Of a stretch of DNA of 10,769 nt, positions 6,858 to 10,769 are shown piece after piece. Numbering within the stretch: the stretch's first letter is position 1; each line of letters starts with the position of its first letter. Below the pieces are notes generated by a model. That model ran no database searches, was not told the DNA's origin, and saw only the letters and a program-made list of their open reading frames with translations. The DNA is from Armatimonadota bacterium (GTDB taxonomy: Bacteria > Sysuimicrobiota > Sysuimicrobiia > Sysuimicrobiales > Humicultoraceae). The stretch covers positions 1-10,769 of the forward strand of contig JBQTJP010000004.1 in the NCBI GenBank assembly GCA_052386995.1, written 5' to 3'. The position numbers and the translations under genes were made by a program.

Positions 6858-8444
6858 CTACTCCAACTTCCACTCGTGCGTCCACTGGAAGGCGGCGCGC
6901 AGATGAATGGGCGGCACCCCCGTCAGCCGCTTGTTCCACGCACGGATCTCGTTCGGCCACCACAAGTACAGATAGGGCAGGTCCTCGGCGACGAGCTCCT
7001 GAAACCGCCTGTAGATTCTTTCCCGTTCCGCAATCGACGTCGCCTTTCGTCCGGCCTCCATCAACACGTCCGCGTCCTTGTTGGCGTACATCGGGAGGTT
7101 AAACCCGCGGTCGGCGGCGCTGCTATGAGCGTAGTTGAAGAAGTCAGGGTCCTCGGGCATGATCCACCAGCCCAGTAGCGCGTCGTAGCGCCGCGCGAGC
7201 ATCCCCTGGATGAACACGTTGAACTCGCGCCCTTCCAGCACGGCCTCGATGCCGATGGGGCGGAGGTACTGCTGGATCAGCGCGGCCAGCGGCTCGAAGT
7301 ACTGCACGGTTGGGTAGAGCAGGGTGAACCGGAACCGTTGCCCGTCCTTGACGAGGATGCCGTCGGGTCCCGGCCGCCAGCCGGCCTCGGCCAGGAGCGC
7401 GCGCGCCCTGGCGCGGTCGAAGTCGTACGTCCTGACGTTGGGATTGAAGAAGTTTCTGAGCACCGGCGTGATCGGTCCGCTGGCCGGGGTGGCAAAGCCT
7501 TCCAGGAACCCTTTGATCATCGCGGGACGGTCCCAAGAGTGCATGATGGCCTGGCGCACCCTGCGGTCCTGGAACAAGGGACTGCGGTGGCTCGGCGCCA
7601 TGTAGTAGAAGTTGTTCTGGGGCAGCGTGTTGACCTCGATGGTCGGCCGGCCCTGCACGGCCCGCACGAGGGCTGGGTTATCGATGAAGACGATCGTCAG
7701 GTCGCCGGCCAGTAACTGCGCCATCTGGGCGTTGACGTCCGGGAGCACCTTGAAGGTAATCGTATCGATCGTCGGTGCGCCCCCGAAGTAGGTAGGGTTG
7801 CGCTCAAGAGTGACGTAGGAGCCCGATACGTACTCCTTCATCTTGTAGGCGCCGGTCCCGATCGGGTTGCGCTTGTTGAAGGCGTCGTGCGTCCAGTAGT
7901 TTTCCGGGGCCACGCCCGCAAACGCGTGCCTGGGGATGATGCCGGCGTTGACGCCGACGACCGCCTGAATGCTGGCCTGAGGCGCCGAGAGGATGAACTG
8001 GACGGTGTTCGGGTCGACGACCCTGACCTCCCTGATGGAACTGAAGGCAGCCCTTCCCGTGGCGCCCAAGCGCGGGTTGAGCACGATATCGTACGTAAAC
8101 TTGACGTCATCGGCGGTGAAGTCGCGCCCGTCGTGCCACTTCACACCCCTGCGCAGATGAAAAGTCCACGTCAGGGCGTCGGCGGAGACCTCCCAGCGCT
8201 CGGCGAGGTCGCCGACCCACCGGGAGTCCTTGCCCCATTTGGTCAGCCCGTTGAACAGGACCCGGGTGACGAAGATGGACTCGACGAAATGCCGCGGATG
8301 CCACGGGTTGAACGTCGGGTCGCCGACAATCGGGAAGGCGATGTTGCCCCCGCTCGCCGGCCCTCCGGCGGCCGGTGCCAGGATCCCCGCAACCAGCGCG
8401 AGGCCCAGTAAAATGACCATCAGTGCGCGCGTGCGCATACTCAT
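6858..8444 (-). CDS. ABC transporter substrate-binding protein, family 5 (OppA/DppA/AppA/NikA-like)
   Basis: Sec signal peptide without lipobox Cys. Family-5 signature GDLAERWEVS...WTFHLRRGVKWHDGRDFTADDVKFT, plus PIGTGAYK, DRRVRQAI and ARALLAEAGW. SD GGGAGG upstream. Confidence 0.96.
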   Translation of the reverse strand: MSMRTRALMVILLGLALVAGILAPAAGGPASGGNIAFPIVGDPTFNPWHPRHFVESIFVTRVLFNGLTKWGKDSRWVGDLAERWEVSADALTWTFHLRRGVKWHDGRDFTADDVKFTYDIVLNPRLGATGRAAFSSIREVRVVDPNTVQFILSAPQASIQAVVGVNAGIIPRHAFAGVAPENYWTHDAFNKRNPIGTGAYKMKEYVSGSYVTLERNPTYFGGAPTIDTITFKVLPDVNAQMAQLLAGDLTIVFIDNPALVRAVQGRPTIEVNTLPQNNFYYMAPSHRSPLFQDRRVRQAIMHSWDRPAMIKGFLEGFATPASGPITPVLRNFFNPNVRTYDFDRARARALLAEAGWRPGPDGILVKDGQRFRFTLLYPTVQYFEPLAALIQQYLRPIGIEAVLEGREFNVFIQGMLARRYDALLGWWIMPEDPDFFNYAHSSAADRGFNLPMYANKDADVLMEAGRKATSIAERERIYRRFQELVAEDLPYLYLWWPNEIRAWNKRLTGVPPIHLRAAFQWTHEWKLE

Positions 8445-8506
8445 TATCCCTCCCTTGATGATGCCGCGTGACGCCGCCCGTTGGCCCGCCCCGCAGCCAC
8501 ATGCAA

Positions 8507-9259
8507 CTATGCTTCTCGAACTCCTCCAGTAGCCATCGCAGCCAGTTTCGGCGGCACCGGATACGCCCGCCGGCTGTGCCGCAGACCCAACTCGCAGAAC
8601 GTTTGCATCAGCTTCACGGCCGCATACACCGGGTTGACCACCGGAATCCCCAGGGCCCGCGCCAGATCGTGCTGCCGGTCCTGAAAGGCCATGCTCATGC
8701 AGCCCATGATGATGACATCGGCCCGGTCGCGATCGCGCGCCGCTTCACCCTCGCGGACCATCCGCGTGAACGTTTCCCCCGGATCCCGTCCCAGCTCCAG
8801 CACGGGGATGCCGATGCTCCGCACCGATGCCAGCTTGCGGTCGACGCCGACCTGCCACGCGAGCCGCTCGAGCAGGAAGTTCAGCGAGTCGAGGACCGTG
8901 ACGATCGCAAACCGGTGTCCCAGCGAGGCCGCGACCAGCATGGCCGCTTCCCCCGGACCGATAACCGGTATGCTGACCATCTCGCGCGCGGCCTCGATGC
9001 CGGGGTCGCCAAAGCAGCCGAGAATCGCTCCGTCAAATCCCGCGCGCTCGGCTTCGACCAGGCGCTCGATCGCCCCGGGCACCGATTGGTACTCTTCGTA
9101 GGCCGATTCGATAGAGGCCGGCCCGCCCCGAACGTCCCAGGCATCCATCGTCCATCCTGTTCCGGCGATGCGCTGCACGGCCGCGCGGCGGCGCGCGAGT
9201 TCCGCGGCTCCGGCCTCGGTGCGAGACATCCATCCCGGAATGAGGTAAAGCCCCTGCAC
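8507..9259 (-). CDS. Asp/Glu/hydantoin racemase family protein (hydantoin/allantoin racemase-like)
   Basis: GPASIES, two catalytic Cys motifs GCFGDPG (Cys at 9014-9016) and GCMSM (Cys at 8699-8701), AREMVSIPVIG, IPVVNP, C-terminal SRRAYPVPP. GGAGG (9272-9268) is 8 nt before GTG9259, giving MQGLYLIPG, which aligns with the family N-terminus. This makes 9259 a better start than 9268. Confidence 0.9.
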   Translation of the reverse strand: MQGLYLIPGWMSRTEAGAAELARRRAAVQRIAGTGWTMDAWDVRGGPASIESAYEEYQSVPGAIERLVEAERAGFDGAILGCFGDPGIEAAREMVSIPVIGPGEAAMLVAASLGHRFAIVTVLDSLNFLLERLAWQVGVDRKLASVRSIGIPVLELGRDPGETFTRMVREGEAARDRDRADVIIMGCMSMAFQDRQHDLARALGIPVVNPVYAAVKLMQTFCELGLRHSRRAYPVPPKLAAMATGGVREA

Positions 9260-9350
9260 CAGGAGCACCTCCCCGCTACGGAATAGGGAGCAGGTATGGC
9301 GCTAGATTACGATTCGCAGGGATGAAAAGCCTGCCTGCGGAGGAAGACGC

Positions 9351-10649
9351 TTAGGGCTGCTCGCGCCAGGCGGTCAGGATATTGAAGGATCCTCCGCTGA
9401 TCAACAGGCCCGTGGTATTCACGGTGAAGATCGTATTCTGGTCGAACTGGACCAGGCGCGCCAGGATCGCGCCTTGCGAGTTGGCCGCCCGATCGAGCTG
9501 CACCCGACCGTTTGGCGCGACGAAGATGCCATTGATGCGCCCTGTCTGGTGAAACTCGACGGCATAATCGGTGCCGATATCGCCGCTCGTGCTATAGACC
9601 GTCAGACGCCCCGGGTCGATATCGTTGCCCGACGCGTCAATGCCGTAGCGCGTGCCCTGGTCGAGCTGCATGCGCCCCGCCATGTAGAGCGAGACGCGGC
9701 CGGCGCCGGTCACGCGCACGTAGCTGTTTCGGCCGATGATGAGCGTGTTCATGTGCACGACCAGGTTTTCAGTGGCGCTCGTCGTCGCAAAGATCAGGTT
9801 TGAGTCGCGTCCAAGGTTCACGTCACGCAGCGCGGTGTTGCCATTGGCCACGCTGATGGTCAGCGTGCTGTTGGCCCCCATCGTCACGTCGCTCGTGCCT
9901 GGGCTTGCGGTAAACGGCGGGAGGACGGGGCACACCTGGCCGCCGGGGAAGCTGTTGGTCGTTGTGCCGGCGACCTGCCACTGGGGGGCCCCGCATGATT
10001 GCGAGCATGTCACTGTGCCGCCGGCGGTGGCGTTGCCCGGCTGGGTGGCGGTGACAATGATGCGAGCCATCCCGCCGGGGATGCCGGACGGCCCGAACAG
10101 CCCGATGTTCTGGTTGCTGCCCACATTGCCCGCTGTAGTTGTGCCGGCGTCCAGTGTCACGCCATCCATGCCGCACACCGCATAGTCCAGGTTGGTCAGC
10201 GTCTGCTGCCGGACGGTGGCGACCACGGTCCGGCGGCCACTGGTTGTCGTCTTGTTTGGGACATATCCGGTGGCCGTGATCGTCCGCGTGTTCGGCTGCG
10301 GAGATGTCGAGCACGGGCTGGGATTTGCGGGGACCGAGTTATCGAAGCACCGGACGGCCACGTCAAAAATGCCGATCGTGCCGAGCGTCGGATGTGTCAT
10401 GACCCTATCGGTCTCGCCGGTGTAGGCCGGCCCGCCGGTGCCGTTGATCTCGGCGGCGGCGTAGTGAACGCCGGCCTCGGCCGCCCCCAGCGCCTGGACG
10501 GCATGCCGGAACGAGAACGCGCCCTGGATCTCGCCGAGCAGGTTGTTGAGCACGGCCACGGTGAGGACCCCGGCGGCCACCATCAACACGACGACCATGA
10601 CCATGGTGTTGCCGCGCTCATCGCCCAGGCCCGGGCGCCGGCACGTCAT
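9351..10649 (-). CDS. PilX-like type IV minor pilin/pilus assembly protein with large beta-rich C-terminal domain
   Basis: Prepilin-like ERG|NTMVM followed by a hydrophobic helix and no Glu+5 (typical of PilX/GspK). QALGAAEAGV motif, TITATG...RTVVATV, GIFVAPNGRV, terminal WRE. ATG10649 overlaps the upstream stop (ATGA), so it is preferred to 10694. Confidence 0.75.
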   Translation of the reverse strand: MTCRRPGLGDERGNTMVMVVVLMVAAGVLTVAVLNNLLGEIQGAFSFRHAVQALGAAEAGVHYAAAEINGTGGPAYTGETDRVMTHPTLGTIGIFDVAVRCFDNSVPANPSPCSTSPQPNTRTITATGYVPNKTTTSGRRTVVATVRQQTLTNLDYAVCGMDGVTLDAGTTTAGNVGSNQNIGLFGPSGIPGGMARIIVTATQPGNATAGGTVTCSQSCGAPQWQVAGTTTNSFPGGQVCPVLPPFTASPGTSDVTMGANSTLTISVANGNTALRDVNLGRDSNLIFATTSATENLVVHMNTLIIGRNSYVRVTGAGRVSLYMAGRMQLDQGTRYGIDASGNDIDPGRLTVYSTSGDIGTDYAVEFHQTGRINGIFVAPNGRVQLDRAANSQGAILARLVQFDQNTIFTVNTTGLLISGGSFNILTAWREQP

Positions 10650-10768
10650 AGCGTGCGAGGATCGGGGTTGCGGAGCTGCACCATCGTTGACCATGTTTGA
10701 TCCCTCGGCCCCTGAGCGCCGGCGTTCGCGCGCTCGGCGAGCGTGATGCGAACCATGCGGATGGAGCG
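10646..10768 (-). CDS. C-terminal fragment of a PilW-like/prepilin-type minor pilin (5' end outside window)
   Basis: Open frame from the window edge: RSIRMVRITLAERANAGAQGPRDQTWSTMVQLRNPDPRTL*. IRxVRIxL...TxVxLRN is characteristic of PilW-type C-termini, and the TGA overlaps the PilX-like ATG. Confidence 0.7.
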   Translation of the reverse strand, partial: RSIRMVRITLAERANAGAQGPRDQTWSTMVQLRNPDPRTL

Positions 10769-10769
10769 G

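Noticed and set aside
8468..9286. 272 aa plus-strand ORF
   Set aside because: Antisense shadow of the racemase.
9266..9292. Anti-SD pairing (CTCCC/GGGAG) in the racemase leader
   Set aside because: Short, bulged stem that is plausible by chance at this GC content, with no aptamer-like context.
9999..10700. 233 aa plus-strand ORF
   Set aside because: Antisense to the PilX-like gene with no independent support.
1..10769. CRISPR arrays, tRNAs, IS elements, defence or phage genes, long repeats
   Set aside because: No regularly spaced repeats, cloverleafs, or transposase/integrase/nuclease motifs were seen by eye, and intergenic gaps are under 150 nt.

Overview
High-GC bacterial DNA, densely coding, with no rRNA, tRNA, CRISPR array or mobile element visible. 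Left: an AI-2E (PerM/UPF0118) family membrane transporter on + (150..1214), converging on an unrecognised ~270 aa orphan gene (-). Centre: a tightly packed minus-strand operon (9259->2120) with an Asp/Glu/hydantoin racemase-family protein, a family-5 (Opp/Dpp/Nik-type) ABC solute-binding protein, two permeases with no ATPase genes, a cytoplasmic PA-domain M28-type metallohydrolase whose canonical Glu-Glu catalytic motif is replaced by His-Ser, and an MDR oxidoreductase that keeps only the structural Zn site. This looks like an uptake and catabolism pathway for an unknown chiral amide or peptide-like compound and is the best candidate for an undescribed system. Right: the end of a type IV minor-pilin cluster, with the C-terminus of a PilW-like gene (missing from the ORF track) coupled by an ATGA overlap to a PilX-like protein carrying a large beta-rich C-terminal domain. 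All family calls come from motif recognition, not database searches.
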